From Mobula hypostoma (lineage: Eukaryota), in assembly GCF_963921235.1 (NCBI RefSeq), contig NC_086097.1, forward strand, positions 88,414,001-88,478,000: a stretch of 64,000 nt of DNA, read 5' to 3'. Positions 50,620-63,260 of this stretch are shown here, piece by piece (the first letter of the stretch is position 1; each line of letters starts with the position of its first letter). The notes under the pieces are model-generated. The model was not told where the DNA came from and searched no databases. It was given only the letters and a program-made list of their open reading frames with translations. The translations under genes were made by a program, and so were the position numbers.

Positions 50620-52245
50620 TTGGAACTGGTTTGAATTGATTTATTATTGTTACAGCTACTGATATACATTGAAAATCTTGTTCTGCAGATCAATTTATTA
50701 TATAATGTGTTGATGTAGGACAAGGTAAAATAATAACAATGTAGAACAAATGTAACAGCTATAGATAGAGTGAGTGCAGGTAAACATTCAGATGCAAGAT
50801 CCTAACAAGGTAGATTTTGAAGTCAAGTGCTTATCATTCCAGGGAGCCATTCAGTTTTCTTATAACAGCACAATAGAACCAGGTGGTACACATTTCCAGG
50901 CTTTTGTATCTTCTACCCAATGAAAGAGGGGTGAAGAGAGAATGTCAGGGGTGGGTGGTGTCTTCAATCATACTGGCTGCTTTACTGAGCCAGTGAGAAG
51001 CACAGACAGAATCCATAGAAGGGAGCTGGTTTCATTAAGCTGTGCTGGTTTGAGGCTGGCTGGGTTTCCATAATCTATTTTTCAGGATTAAGGTTATCTT
51101 CTGTGAGATTAATTCTCTTCTCATATTTGGTGTTAGAAAATGATGACAAACAATTGTTCGTAGTGTTGCTAATCTGTAGTGATTAGGTTTCTTCCATTTG
51201 GTTCAAGAACTGAATGGTTGAAGGGGAGTTCTTGAACCTAGTGGTGTGGGACTTTGGGCTTCTGCGCTTCTAGCCGATGGTAGCTGCAAAAGGATGGCGT
51301 GGCCCAGATTGTGGTGATCTTTGATGATAGATGTTGCCTTCATGAGGCAATGTTTCATGCAGTACCAATAATGGAGAGGGATGTTCCTCCCCACTGTGAT
51401 GTATTGGGCAGAGTCCACTACTCTCTTGTTTCTTACATTCATGTGCATTAAAATTATCATATCACACCATGATGCAACCAGTCAGGATACTTTCAACAAT
51501 GTACTTGCGGAAGTTTGTTCAAGTTTTCAATGGTAAGCCAAGCCTCCTTAACCTCCTAAGAAAGTAAGGATCCTGGAATGCTTTCTCATGATGGCATCCA
51601 TGTGCTGGGTCCAGGGACAGGTCATATCAATTGGTAATACCCAGGAATTTAAAGCTGCTGACACTCTCCACCACCAATTCCCCAATGAACTTACCAAAAC
51701 GCATTATCCAACTTCAAGACCTGGGCCTCTATCCCTCTCTCTGCAACTGTTTACTCATCCTGTTTATTGGCATCCATGTGCTGGGCCCAGGAACAGGTCA
51801 CCTCAAATGGTAATAGCCAGGAACTTAAAGCTGCTGTTCTATCTTGCAGATGTCCACTAAATCATCACCGGGTGTGACTCATTCAGAAATGGTAGTGCCA
51901 CCAGTGAATTTGAAGGTGGCATTGAAGCTGTGCTTAGCCACACAGCAGGGGGTGCAACTGGTCCTCACTGATTGGGGACCACCAATAAAGAGGACTAGTA
52001 TACAGTTGCAGAGAGAGGGATATAGGCCCAGATCTTGCAGCTGGATAATGAGTTTTGATAAAATGATTGTGTTGAATGCAGAGCTGTGATCAATGAACAG
52101 CAGCCTGTTGTATGAGTCCCTGTTGTCAGATGGTCCAGAGCAGAGTGAGGGTCTTTAATGATGGATGTCATTTTCCTGAGGCACCACCTTTTGAAGATGT
52201 TGTCGATTTTGGGAAATGTTGCACCCATGATGGGGCTGGTGGTAC
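50620..52245 (-). mobile_element. Cluster of rearranged Rex1/Babar fragments
   Basis: RVVDSAQYIT...[31 protein letters not shown]; internal direct and inverted duplications. Confidence 0.7.
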
Positions 52246-52789
52246 ACAGGGAAGTCAATGATGAGCAACTGCAGGCGGATGTAGACTACACCCACCTGCC
52301 ATGTGTGATCCACTGCAGGCTAGCTGGCTGCTTAAATAGCAGCAAGGGTACAGGTGACAGTGCCTTTGCTGCTGCCTGGCCAGTAGCACAGATGCTATCT
52401 TCCTGAGAAACAGCCACATGTCTGTGTTCCACAGAGCCACTTTGATTACCTGCCAGGGCAGTATCTCAGCATGTTTAATCTGCAGTCAGAACTGCCAGGG
52501 CAGCAAGCTGATCTTATGTGAAAGCAGGCTAAGCTTCCACCAGACCACCCAGAAAGAGGTAACCACCTGCACAATGAAAACATAGGCTCTGAGCCCTTTA
52601 CTAAATTGGAGATGGATGACTTTATGCTCCTCGGCACTTCCTATGAGCATTCTAATAGGTTTCCAATGTCACTGTGTGTAACCATCCATCTTTGTCCACT
52701 GCAGGGCTCATGAATGACCTTATGCTCTCTTTTTCTGCTGCCCAAGCTGCAAGGACATGTGCCCAGTCTCATCACCCATCACCTCATCA

Positions 52790-52960
52790 GTATGCAATGC
52801 TGCAACCACAAGTCCACGGGCAGATTTACCTTCCAATGGCATTTGTAACTGATGCCAAAGAGTCCATGTTCCTTATTTTCTTAGAGATTGGTTGTGGTAA
52901 TATTTATGAAAAATCCTCTTCTCTGTGTGATGTTGGAAATCAGCCACAATGCTGTTCCTG
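52790..52960 (+). mobile_element. Possible ancient PIF/Harbinger transposase remnant
   Basis: LQPQVHGQIYLPMAFVTDA and, in another frame, ISHNAV loosely resemble the HARBI1-like N-terminal helix-turn-helix region. Weak. Confidence 0.2.
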
Positions 52961-53689
52961 CACCTGCTTCACAGCACTTGTTTGACAGCAAGTATTGCTT
53001 GACTAAAGCAATAATTTCCAGTTTACAACCCAAATTAACTCTTTTATCTGGAGTTTGCAATAATAACTGATATGGTATTATATTCAAATCAGCTACTTTG
53101 CAAAATGTTTTAGTACATTCTAAAAGGTGTTTGGGTGCTAAGAATTTGGATTATGTCTCAAAGGCTACAAGAATTTTGAGTGCTGTACAGTTTTGAATCA
53201 TTTTGGCATACTATTGAGTATAATAGCCTTCTCACTTAAGTTTTGTTGCATTATCCAAAATATGTTTGGCATCTTTTGCAGCAATTGTGGTTCCAGATTT
53301 GAAGTATTGTTATTAAATATAATTAAGGACCTTAAACAAATGAACTAGCAAGGAGATTTCACTGATCTGTTGTGGCTCATTAGCAAACTGTTTTTCCCAC
53401 TAGTTTCCACTTATTTTCCAATTATGACATCGATTTTTAGGGTTTGTTTGACAGGCTCAATTGTCTTTACTGTCACCAGAGAATCGATCGCCTATCTCTG
53501 ACAGGACTAACCTGATGCGTATGATCTTTTTGAAGTTAGTGGCAAACAGGTAACCTTTAAAGAACTAATCTTTTTCTTCGACTGAAGATTGAATGACATC
53601 ACATACTGAGCTATATTTAGGCAAGTATTCAACAAAAGGTAATTACTTCCAATATTATTTTTAAGTTGCAATTTTAACACAGGTGCTTT

Positions 53690-54050
53690 TACAATAAACA
53701 GGAAAAGACGCTTGTTGAAATGGACTTAAAGATGAGAGATGTTTTGATAGCGTGGGTTTTAGAGGATAAAGGTGTCCCCATTATGTCTCTAGAATAAGGG
53801 GAAATTGTTAAGGTTTTGCCCAATAGATACAATTGAATGAGTGGGCACAAGATACAGGGAAGCAAGAAACTTGTTTGCTCACTGGTGGAAATCCAGTTTT
53901 TGTTTTCAATGGAGAGTTAGATGAGCACATGAGAGAGAATGATTTGCTGGGCCACACTGTAAATGAAGGAGGGTGTGGCTGATGGAACTAATCTTGAGGA
54001 GCTGACATGGATTTGATGGAATGATTAGCCACTTTCTGTGCTATATATAT
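53690..54050 (+). mobile_element. Old CR1 3' end
   Basis: ggagagttagatgagcacatgag...gccactttctgtgct. Confidence 0.5.
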
Positions 54051-54791
54051 CATTCTTGAGAAGTCCAAAGAAAATCATACATACATTTGACTATACTGTC
54101 AGAGCAACAATGACAACAAGCTTAATAGAATTTCCAACACACACAGATTTTGCTGTTGGTTTGTTTTTGAATTGATATAGTTATATTTCAAAGTACTCAA
54201 AATCACAGGAACTCTTTCCTAGGATCAGTGAAGGACTAAAGGATCAATCCGAAGTGTAAGGAAGTAATGAAAATTTCAGACAAAAGTGATTGCTAGGCCT
54301 GAAATAAAACAAATACAGTATTTTAAATCGTATCTATTAAGATTTAGCTCAGTTGTAACCTTTTTTATTTACTTGATTTTGATGAAAGATATTCTGCAAT
54401 AAATCTCTGTATAATTTTTAGATAACTCACTTCATTATTTGTACAAAAAGTTAATGTCACATTTTAAATTGCGAAGATTTGCTGTAAGGTTCTATGACTC
54501 TCTAGGACAAGTGAAACATGGAAGTATCAGATAAGCCAATAGCTAAAAGCAATTATTAGATAGAATTTACTGACAGATTACCACACACTTAGCTAGATCA
54601 CAGGGCATAGAAGACTACAGACTGAGTGCCAGTGAATTGGATTGGTAGAGATTTGTACTTCATGGTCAACATGGACGTGGTGGGCTGGAGGTCCTATCCG
54701 TGTGCTGTGTGATTCTATATACATGCACGCTATCAAAGATAAGGCCATGTAAGAATTACCCAGGAGAACAATCTGTTAACTAGGGAAAGTA

Positions 54792-55692
54792 AGGGTTGGG
54801 GGTGTTGTGGATAGTGTGGAGGACTGTCAGAGGTTACAGCGGGACATTGATAGGATGCAAAACTGGGCTGAAAAGTGGCAGATGGAGTTCAACCCTGATA
54901 AGTGTGAAGTGGTTCATTTTGGTAGGTTAAATATGATGGCAGAATACAGCATTATTGGTACGACTCTTGGCAGTGTGGAGGATCGGAGGATCAGAGGGAT
55001 CTTGGGGTCCAAGTCCATAGGACACTCAAAGCTACTATGCAAGTTGACTGTGGTTAAGAAGGCATATGGTGCATTGGCCTTCATCAATCGTGGGATTGAG
55101 TTTAAGAGCCGAGAGGTAATGTTGCAGCTATATAGGACCCTGGTCAGACCTCACTTGGAGTACTATGCTCAATTCTGGTCGCCTCTCTACAGGAAGGACG
55201 TGGAAACCATAGAAAGGGTGCAGAGGAGATTTACAAGGATGTTGCCTGGAGTCGGGGGGCATGCCTTATGAGAATAGGTTGAGTGAACTCAGCCCTTTCT
55301 CCTTGGAGCGACAGAGGATGAGAGGTGACCTGATTGAGGTGTACAAGATAATGAAAGGCATTGATTGTGTGAATAGTCAGAGGCTTTTTCCCAGGGCTGA
55401 AATGGCTAGCATTAGAGGGCATAGTTTTAAGGTGCATGGAGGTAGGCACAGAGGAGATGTCAGTGGTAAGTTTTTACCCAGAGAGTAGTGAGTGCGTGGA
55501 ATGGGCTGCCGACGGTGGTGGTGGAGGCAGAAATGATAGGGTCTTTTAAGAGTCTCCTGGATAGTTACATGGGGCTTAAAAAAATAGAGGGCTATTGGTA
55601 AGCCTAGGTAGTTCTAAGGTAAGGACATGTTCGGCATAGCTTTGTAGGCCGAAGGGCCTGTATTGTGCTGTAGGTTTTCTATGTTTCTATGT
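54792..55692 (+). mobile_element. CR1 3' portion
   Basis: LQRDIDRMQNWAEKWQMEFNPDKC...RPHLEY...ERVQRRFTRMLPG; tail tttctatgtttctatg. Confidence 0.92.
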
Positions 55693-55739
55693 AAGTTAGA
55701 AAGATCCAATCATATGTCTCATCAGTATTCACTGAGAGG

Positions 55740-56370
55740 AAGATGTGGAGGATCTTAGGGGAGGACTGTGCTGATATTTTGGAACATGTCTGTGTCAGGA
55801 GCGAAGAGATCTGTATAAGAGAATTGGCACATCCTGATGGAATCTATCCCAGGATACTACAGGAAGCTAGGGAGGATTTTGCTAAGGCTTACTGTAGATT
55901 TTTGCATCCTTTTTAGCCTCAGATGAGGTATCAGAAGAGTGGAGGATTATTAATGTTGTGTTCTTATTCAAAATGGACAGTAGAAATGAGCCGGAAAACA
56001 GCAGGTCAGTCAGCCTTTTATCAACAGTAGGGATATAACTGGGGGGGGGGGAACAAAGTGTCACTTGGAAATGTGGGGGCTGTTTAGGGGAGTCTTAAGA
56101 GTTTTGTGCAGGAGAAAACTATCTCACAAATCTAATAGTATTTTTTGAGTTAACTAGTAAAATGGAAGAAGGCAGGATTGACATGGACTTTAGAAAGGCT
56201 CTTAATAAAAATCCTGCATGGTAGCCTGGAGGATACATAGGATCCAAGATGTGTTGGCAAACTAGGTTCAAAATTGGCTTGTTGATAGGAGGCAGTGGAT
56301 TGTAGCTGAAGAATGCTTTACAGTCTGGAAGTCTATAATCTGTGGTGTACTGAGCAGATTTGTGGGCACA
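55740..56370 (+). mobile_element. Old CR1 RT N-terminal fragment
   Basis: cctgatggaatctatcccagg (PDGIYPR); atggactttagaaaggct (MDFRKA). Confidence 0.65.
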
Positions 56371-57204
56371 TTGCTATTAGTCATATAAAAATAATGTGGT
56401 TAATTGGAAAATGGCTCCTCCTTTACTCCGTACAGAGAAATTTGCCTAATATCATAAGCTACTGCATCTGCTTGATTGAAAGGAATCATTGTCATGGACG
56501 CAAGTTGCATTCAACATGAGGCAGAAGTAGCTTAGATTAAATATTTTTGAATAAAATAATCCCATGGAAAAAATCCACAGACCTGTGAATGAATTTTAGA
56601 AAGATTACTGAGTAATACTTCACACTTGTCTAATTTACAGTTATTAACCCCATACCAAGTATCCTTAAGTAGTTTGACTGCACTGCACTTATTTCTTACA
56701 CTTCAACACATATATCTACAGATATATAATGAATCTTTAAGCCAGGTAGAATTGAAATAGGCTACTTCAAACATTCTAACATCCCATTAACTCAAATTCT
56801 GTACTTCAGAATGACCATTACATATTCCTGATACACTTCATATCAGGCTTTCAATCTTTAGCTCTCAGATTTAGCCCTAAACTTACCTTTGGGTGTTTGT
56901 AATGTCCTCATACTCCCACTTTCTTACTGCTGTTTGCTGAGCAGCTGTAACATATCTGTGGCCGAGAGGTTTTTAATCATAAAGAGAGCACTGTTTTATT
57001 GTGGATTCTTTGAGAATTTGGTCCAATCTTTCCTTTAAACTATTTTACCATTAGTATCAGTAACTTACTGATTCTATTCAGATAAACCTGGCTTTATAAG
57101 CCTCAATATAATAATCACCTGCAACATAGAAACAAAGGACAGTGATAAATATCCCTTGTAATGTGTCAATGGTTAAGGGTAGTAAGCTAATTCTATTCCA
57201 CAGC

Positions 57205-57590
57205 TTCAGTTCAAAGTAAATGCATTACCAACGTGCATTTGTGTTATCGTATACTACCTTGCTGTTCATTTTCTTGCAGGCATTTATGGGGAAAGAAAGA
57301 AATACAATAGAATTTTTCAAAAAACTGTACATGAACAGTCAAAGACTGACAAACAAACAATGTGCAACAGAAGACAAGTCCAACAACTAGAAGTAATACT
57401 GAGAACATGCGTTGTACAGAGTCCTTGAAACTGAGGTTATAGAATCAGTTCAGAGTAATGGTGAAGAAACCTGGCCATGCTGGGTCAGAAGTCTGATGAT
57501 TGTAAGTTAATCATTGTTCCCAAACAAATGGACCAAAGGTTTCTGTAGCTCCTGGCTGATGGTGGCAGCGAGAAGAAAGCGTGGTCTCTT
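57205..57590 (-). mobile_element. Rex1/Babar 3' UTR
   Basis: gttcaaagtaaat is the reverse complement of the family tail. Confidence 0.6.
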
Positions 57591-57654
57591 CTGGATCAAG
57601 CTGGATTTGGAGCTCATTCCAACTGTGAACATGCAATAATCATGGGTAGGAAAA

Positions 57655-57975
57655 TGTCTCATGGTAGCGGTGCAAGTAATCCTGTTGCTTCACCGTCTCA
57701 GGGTCTTAACTATGATCCCAGTCTCCATTGCTGTCAGTGGTTTTGGTTATGTCTGTATGGATTATCACCCCTGTGGCAGGGTTATGTTTCCTCGCATGTA
57801 CCAGAGACGTACATTAGGTTTGTTGGATATTGGTAATTGTCCCTGAGTGTAGATGGTCAGAGGAGTTAATTGGCATGTGGTAGAGAGTAATTAATAGAGA
57901 ACTAAGTGAGGGAATGGAATTGATGGGGCTGCTGTAAGAATTCACATAAATTCATTGGGCTGAATGGCCTAATTC
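57655..57975 (+). mobile_element. Old V-SINE-like element
   Basis: Degenerate tRNA head and core, with CR1-type tail gggctgaatggcct. Confidence 0.5.
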
Positions 57976-58039
57976 ATGCCATATGGAAATCTGAGAAATG
58001 ATATAAGATCCAACAAACCCAAGCATATCAACTTATCTG

Positions 58040-58618
58040 TCCACCAGAGAAAGCAGTATCTCCCAGTGGCCACACATTTTAATTCCAAGTCCTATTCCCA
58101 TTCTGACATGTCTATCCACGGCCTCCTCTACTGGAAAGCTGAAGCCACACTCAGGTTGGAGGAACAACACTTTATATTCCGTCTGGGTAGCCTCCAACCT
58201 GATGGCATGAACACTGACTTCTCAAACTTCCGCTAATGTCCCACCTCCCCCTCGTACCCCATCCATTATTTATTTATTTATATACACACATTCTTTTTCT
58301 CCCTCTGTCCCTCTCACTACACCCGTTGCCCATCCTCTGGGTTTTCCCCCTCCCCCTTTTCTTTCTCCCTAGGCCTCCTGTCCCATGATCCTCTCATATC
58401 CCTTTTGCCAATCACCTGTCCAGCTCTTGGCTCCATCCCTCCCCCTCCTGTCTTCTCCTATCATTTTGGATCTCCCCCTCCCCCTCCCACTTTCAAATCT
58501 CTTACTAGCTCTTCTTTCAGTTAGTCCTGACGAAGGGTCTCGGCCCGAAACATTTACTGTACCTCTTCCTAGAGATGCTGCCTGGCCTGCTGCATTCACC
58601 AGCAACTTTTATGTGTGT
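58040..58618 (+). mobile_element. 5'-truncated Penelope-like element: GIY-YIG endonuclease C-terminus and pLTR
   Basis: LPVATHFNS...RLEEQHFIFRLGSLQPDGMN, a pyrimidine tract, then the hammerhead motif. TSD aacttatctg at 58030-58039 and 58619-58628. Confidence 0.9.
58523..58558 (+). ncRNA. Minimal type I hammerhead ribozyme motif (cleavage triplet mutated)
   Basis: agtc-CTGACGA-a-GGGTctcgGCCC-GAAAC-att-tact. Confidence 0.7.
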
Positions 58619-59534
58619 AACTTATCTGAGTGTTGCTAGCTCAGGAAAGGAAAGGAAGGTAAACTTCAACTTCATTGTGGGAGGGAAGTCATTGAGAATA
58701 AATTTACCATCATAGGGTTCCCAGTAGACCTTAACTAATTTTTGTGTCAATTAACATTATGAAAGTTGAATTGTACCTTTCTGGTGTTATAAGAATGTTT
58801 TGAAAAACAGCTATGAAGCTGTTCCACCAGTAAAACTATCAAGCTCTCAATAGGAAATGTATTTCTGGTTAAAAATTGCAGAGATTTGGTCTTGGGAATA
58901 TCACTATCCAAAAAATTTAGTTACCCTTTATTAGCTGCTAAAAATTTTAACCAAATTTCCAGTGGAACAAAGATGAATCACAGGAGAACAGTCCCAGTTC
59001 TCAGACTAACAGCTTTGCACATTCTTATTGACAATGCCTGAAAGCATTACTGAATAATGTTTTAAGAAAATTAATCCTTGAAATGTTGTAAAATGATAGC
59101 CTGTCCTGTTTTTATGGTTCTTGTTGGTCCAGTTTTAATGCTTTAATTTGGTTATTATTTCCATGCATGTAAAGTGATCCCTGAGGTGTTTCATGCCAAT
59201 GATAATTTGTACCTTAGATGTACAACAAAGAAGCAGGCACTTACCAAAGAGTGGATTTGCATCCCAGTACTTTTTGTAGCTGTCACCATGTTAGAGGACC
59301 AAAACTTCGTTGTGCAGTTAACCCAAGCGATGAAAACTTTCTGTTAATTGTGCACACTCCCCTCCCACAGATGGGTTTAAAAGATCCTGTCGTACTATGT
59401 TCAAGAAGAACAATGCGTTTTGTCTGTTTCCTAGCCAATATTTGCCTCTCTTTCATTTAGTTCTAGATTGTATCTCTGGAATAGATTATCCTAATGATGC
59501 CATGCTTGCTTGTGAGCAAACAACTTGTTGATAG

Positions 59535-60068
59535 AACATAAGACCATAAAACCACAAGACATATGACAGCATTAGACAGCTCGACCCATTGAGTCTGCTC
59601 CACCATTCTGTTATGGCTAATTTATTATCCCCCTCAACCCCATTCTCCCACCTTCTCTCCATAACATTTGACGACCTGAACTAATCAAGAACCCATCAGC
59701 CTCTGCTTAAAGAATACCCAATGACTTGGCCTCAAAAGCAATCTGTGGCAATGAATTCCACAAACTTACCACTGTCTGGCTAAAGAAATTTCTCCTCATC
59801 TCTGTTCTAAAAGAACGTTCCTGTATTCTGAGAGTGTGCCCTCTGGTCCTAGACTCACCTACAACAGGAAATAGCCTCTCCATTCTATCTAGGCCTTTCA
59901 ATATTTGATAGGTTTCAATGAGATCCCCCCCCCCACCCCCATTCTTCTAAACTCCGGCGACTGTATGCTCTAAGCCCTCAACCACTCCTCAAGTGTTAAA
60001 CCCTTTCATTTCTAGATTAATTCTAGTGAACCGCCTCTGGACCCTCTCCAATGACAGCACATCTTTTC
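59535..60068 (-). mobile_element. CR1 3' end (continues at 62318-62750)
   Basis: LFPVVGESRTRGH...RRNFFSQTVVSLWNSLPQ. Confidence 0.9.
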
Positions 60069-62318
60069 TTCAAAAAGGAAGACAAAGTCAGAACATCTTT
60101 CAAGAGTGTGAACCCTCACAAGGCCTCAGGCCCTGGTGGTGTACGTGATGGAGCTCTGAAAGTGTATGTCAACCAGCTAGTGGGAGTGTTCAAGGAAATC
60201 TTCAGTCTCTCACTGCTGCAGTCAGAGGTTCCCACCTGGTTCAAAAGAAGAGCAGGGTGAGCTGGCTCAATGTCTGTCGCCCAGTGGTGCTCACATCTGC
60301 TGTGATGAAGTGCTTTGAGAGGTTGGTCAGGGCTGGAATCAACTCCTGCCTAAGCACAGAGCTGGACCTGCTGCAATTTGCCTGTTGCTGTAGTAGGTCA
60401 ACAGCAAATGCATTCTCACTGGTTCTCCACTTGTCCTTGGATCATCTGGACAACAGCAATAACCATGTCAAGCTACTGTTTATTAACTACAACTCAGTGA
60501 TCAACACAATCATATTGTCAGTTTAAATCAACAAGCTCCAAACATTGGGCTTCTGTGACTCCATCTTTGATTTCCTCACTGGGAAAACATAGTCATTATG
60601 GATTAGAAATAACATTTCCTCCTCACTGACAATCACCACTGGCACACCTCATGGATGCGTGCTTAGCTCACTATCTCTACACCCACAATTGTGTGGCTAG
60701 ACACAGCTCAAATGCCGTTTATAAGTTTGCCGATGACGCAACTACTGCTAGCAGAATTTCAGATGGTGACGAGGAGGCATACAGGAGCGAGATAGATCAG
60801 CTGGTTGAGTTGTGTCGCAACAACAACCTTGCACTCAATGTCAGTAAGATCAAGAAATTGATTGTTGACTTCAGGAAGGGGAAGTCAAAGGAAAACATAC
60901 CTCCTCGTCAAAGGATCAACAGTGGAAAGGGTGAACAGTTTCAAGTTTCTGGGTGTCAGTATCACTGAAGATCTATCCTGGGCCCAACATATTAATGCAT
61001 TTGCAAAAAAGGCATGGCAACAGCTATATTTCATTAGGACTAGAACTGACATGCCAGCAAAGATGCTCGCACATTTCTACAGATGTACCATAGAGAGCAT
61101 TCTAACTGGTTGCATCACCATCTGGTATGCTGGGGCCACTGTATAGGATCTGGAAAAGCTACAGAAAGGTGTCAACTCTCCATCATGGGAGTCGACCTCC
61201 ACAGCATCCAGGAAACCTTCAAAAGGCAATGCCTCAAACAGGTGGCACCCATTATTAAGGACCTTCATCACCCATGACCTGCCCTCTTCTCATTGCTATC
61301 ATCAAGGAGGGGTACAAGAGCTTGAAAACACACATTCAATGATTTAGGAGCAGCTTCTTCCCCTCTGCCATCAGATTTCTGAATGGACAATGAATCCATG
61401 AACCCCATATCAGTATTTATTTTACTCTCTTTTTACTATATTTATTTAATTTATTTATATATAAATATACTTCTTATTGTAATTATTATGTGTTTCAAAA
61501 TACTGCTGCTGTTCTCTGACCAGATGGAGGAAGCACAGCAGCTACTGACAAAAGTGGAAACTGAGTGCAATAAAGTTGGACTTCACCTAAACGCTAAAAA
61601 GACAGAGTACATGGCGTTAAACTGCGACGAAGGTACTCTCAAGACCGTAAAGGATGATCCCATTAAGAAATTCTTTGATTTCAAGTACCTCAGGTCAAGA
61701 ATGATGAGTTCGGAGAAGGACATAACGATACGCAAGGCGCTGGCATGGAGGGGTATGAACGACATGAAGGAAATCTGGAAGTTGAACCTGACTAGAGGGC
61801 TTAAAAAGAGGATCTTCATAGCAGTCATAGAGTCCATTCTCACGTGCGGATGCGAGACGTGGACACTCACCAAGACTATGCAGAAGTCTCTAGATGGTTG
61901 CTATACACGAATGCTCAAGATGACTCTTGACGTGAGTTGGCAACAGCACATGACGAACGTCAAGCTCTTTGACGACCTACTGATGCTCACCCCTAAAATC
62001 GAGGCGATAAGACTGCAGTTAGTGGGGCACTGTCTACGCCACCCTGAGCTACCTGCCAGCTTAGTCATCGTATGGGAGCCCAAGCATGGAAGGATGAACC
62101 CTGGGCCCCCTCCCAAGACTATGGTCAACACGCTGCTAGAAGACTGCGGCGCGGCTCTTGTAGATGAACTGAACACACTGATGAGGGAGAGGGAGAAGTG
62201 GAGAGTCCGTCATCGTGCCCGACACCGGCCCCCTAGGCCTGAGTCGATGTAGTAGTAGTAGCTGCTGCAAAACAACAAAGCTCATGACATATGCCCAGGG
62301 ATACTAAACCTGATTTTG
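60069..62318 (+). mobile_element. Rex1/Babar LINE (RT to 3' end) inserted in CR1 and itself interrupted at 61510-62261
   Basis: VNPHKASGPGGV, CRPVVLTSAVMKCFERLV, YKFADDAT, FYRCTIESILTGC; tail actaaacctgattttga. Confidence 0.9.
61510..62261 (+). mobile_element. Young 5'-truncated RTE-type LINE with (TAG)n tail and 7-bp TSD
   Basis: About 247 open codons: VGLHLNAKKTEYM, FKYL, ESILTCGCETWTLT, GHCLR. TSD ctgctgc at 61503-61509 and 62262-62268. Confidence 0.88.
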
Positions 62319-62750
62319 AAAACTGTTCACAGGGTGAGGTCTAACCAATGCCTTATCAAGCCTCAGTGTTACATTCTTGTTTTTATATACTAGTCCTCTT
62401 AAAATGAATGCAAACATTTCGTTTGGCTTTAAGAAACAATCTACAAATTAACTTTTAGGGAATGCTGTGCAAGGACTCCCAAGTCCCTTTGCACCTCTCA
62501 TTTTTGAGTTTTCTCCCCGTTTAGAGAACAGTCGATGCCCTTATTCCTTCTTCCAAAGTGCACGATCATACAACTCCCTACACCATATTCCGCCTGCCAC
62601 TTTCCCCATTCTCCTAATCTGTCCAAGTCATTCTGCAGACTCCCTGATTCCTCAACACCACCTGTCTTTCCACCTATCTTCGTATAATCTGCAAACTTGG
62701 CTACAAAGCCATCAATTCCATTATCCAAATCACTGACATTGACATGTAAC
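62318..62750 (-). mobile_element. CR1 RT portion, upstream half of the copy at 59535-60068
   Basis: DLDNGIDGFVAKFADYTKIGG...HFGRRN. Confidence 0.88.
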
Positions 62751-62954
62751 AAGATTCTACCATTATCTTGAAAAATTTCAAATGCAAATTAATAGTTAAT
62801 TTGAGTAGCCTCGATGCTTGATTTTGATGTAAATACAGTATGTTGGGGGTGGGGACAAAATGCTACTGCGTAGATTCAATGTGAGTGTTTGGTCAGATAT
62901 TTCAATGATTTTTTATAGCAATTCTTTCTGAGGCAAAGCAGGCAACAACTGGCT

Positions 62955-63260
62955 TTGAATGAAGGGTCTTTGACCTAAAGCATTAACCTTGTTTCTCTAT
63001 CCGCAGGTGTTGCAGGATGTGCTGAGTTTAACCATTTTTAATGTTTAATTTATGGTGTAGAACCAGGAGTACATGAGAGGCAATGACAAAGTTATTCCCC
63101 ATAACTGTAAATGCTACTCATATTCACCTTTAATAAAAATCATATTCACTTTTAATAAAAATTTTAAAAACTTCAAATGCTGGATATCTGAATTAAAGGC
63201 AGAAAACAGTGGAAGTAGTCAGCAGGTCGGGTATTATTTGTAGAAATAGAGCTATCGTTT
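62955..63260. mobile_element. Degenerate Penelope pLTR pieces (plus strand about 62955-63030, minus strand about 63172-63260)
   Basis: gaatgaagggtctttgacctaaa; aaatgctggatatctg...tcagcaggtcggg. Confidence 0.5.

Noticed and set aside
59245..59340. 96-nt open minus-strand segment with a GTAAGT donor
   Set aside because: The acceptor has no polypyrimidine tract and the peptide is unrecognisable; such a match is expected by chance in 64 kb.
61383..62252. 289-aa ORF with a hydrophobic N-terminus as a novel membrane protein
   Set aside because: The N-terminus is translated AT-rich Rex1 3' UTR fused by chance to a truncated RTE ORF.
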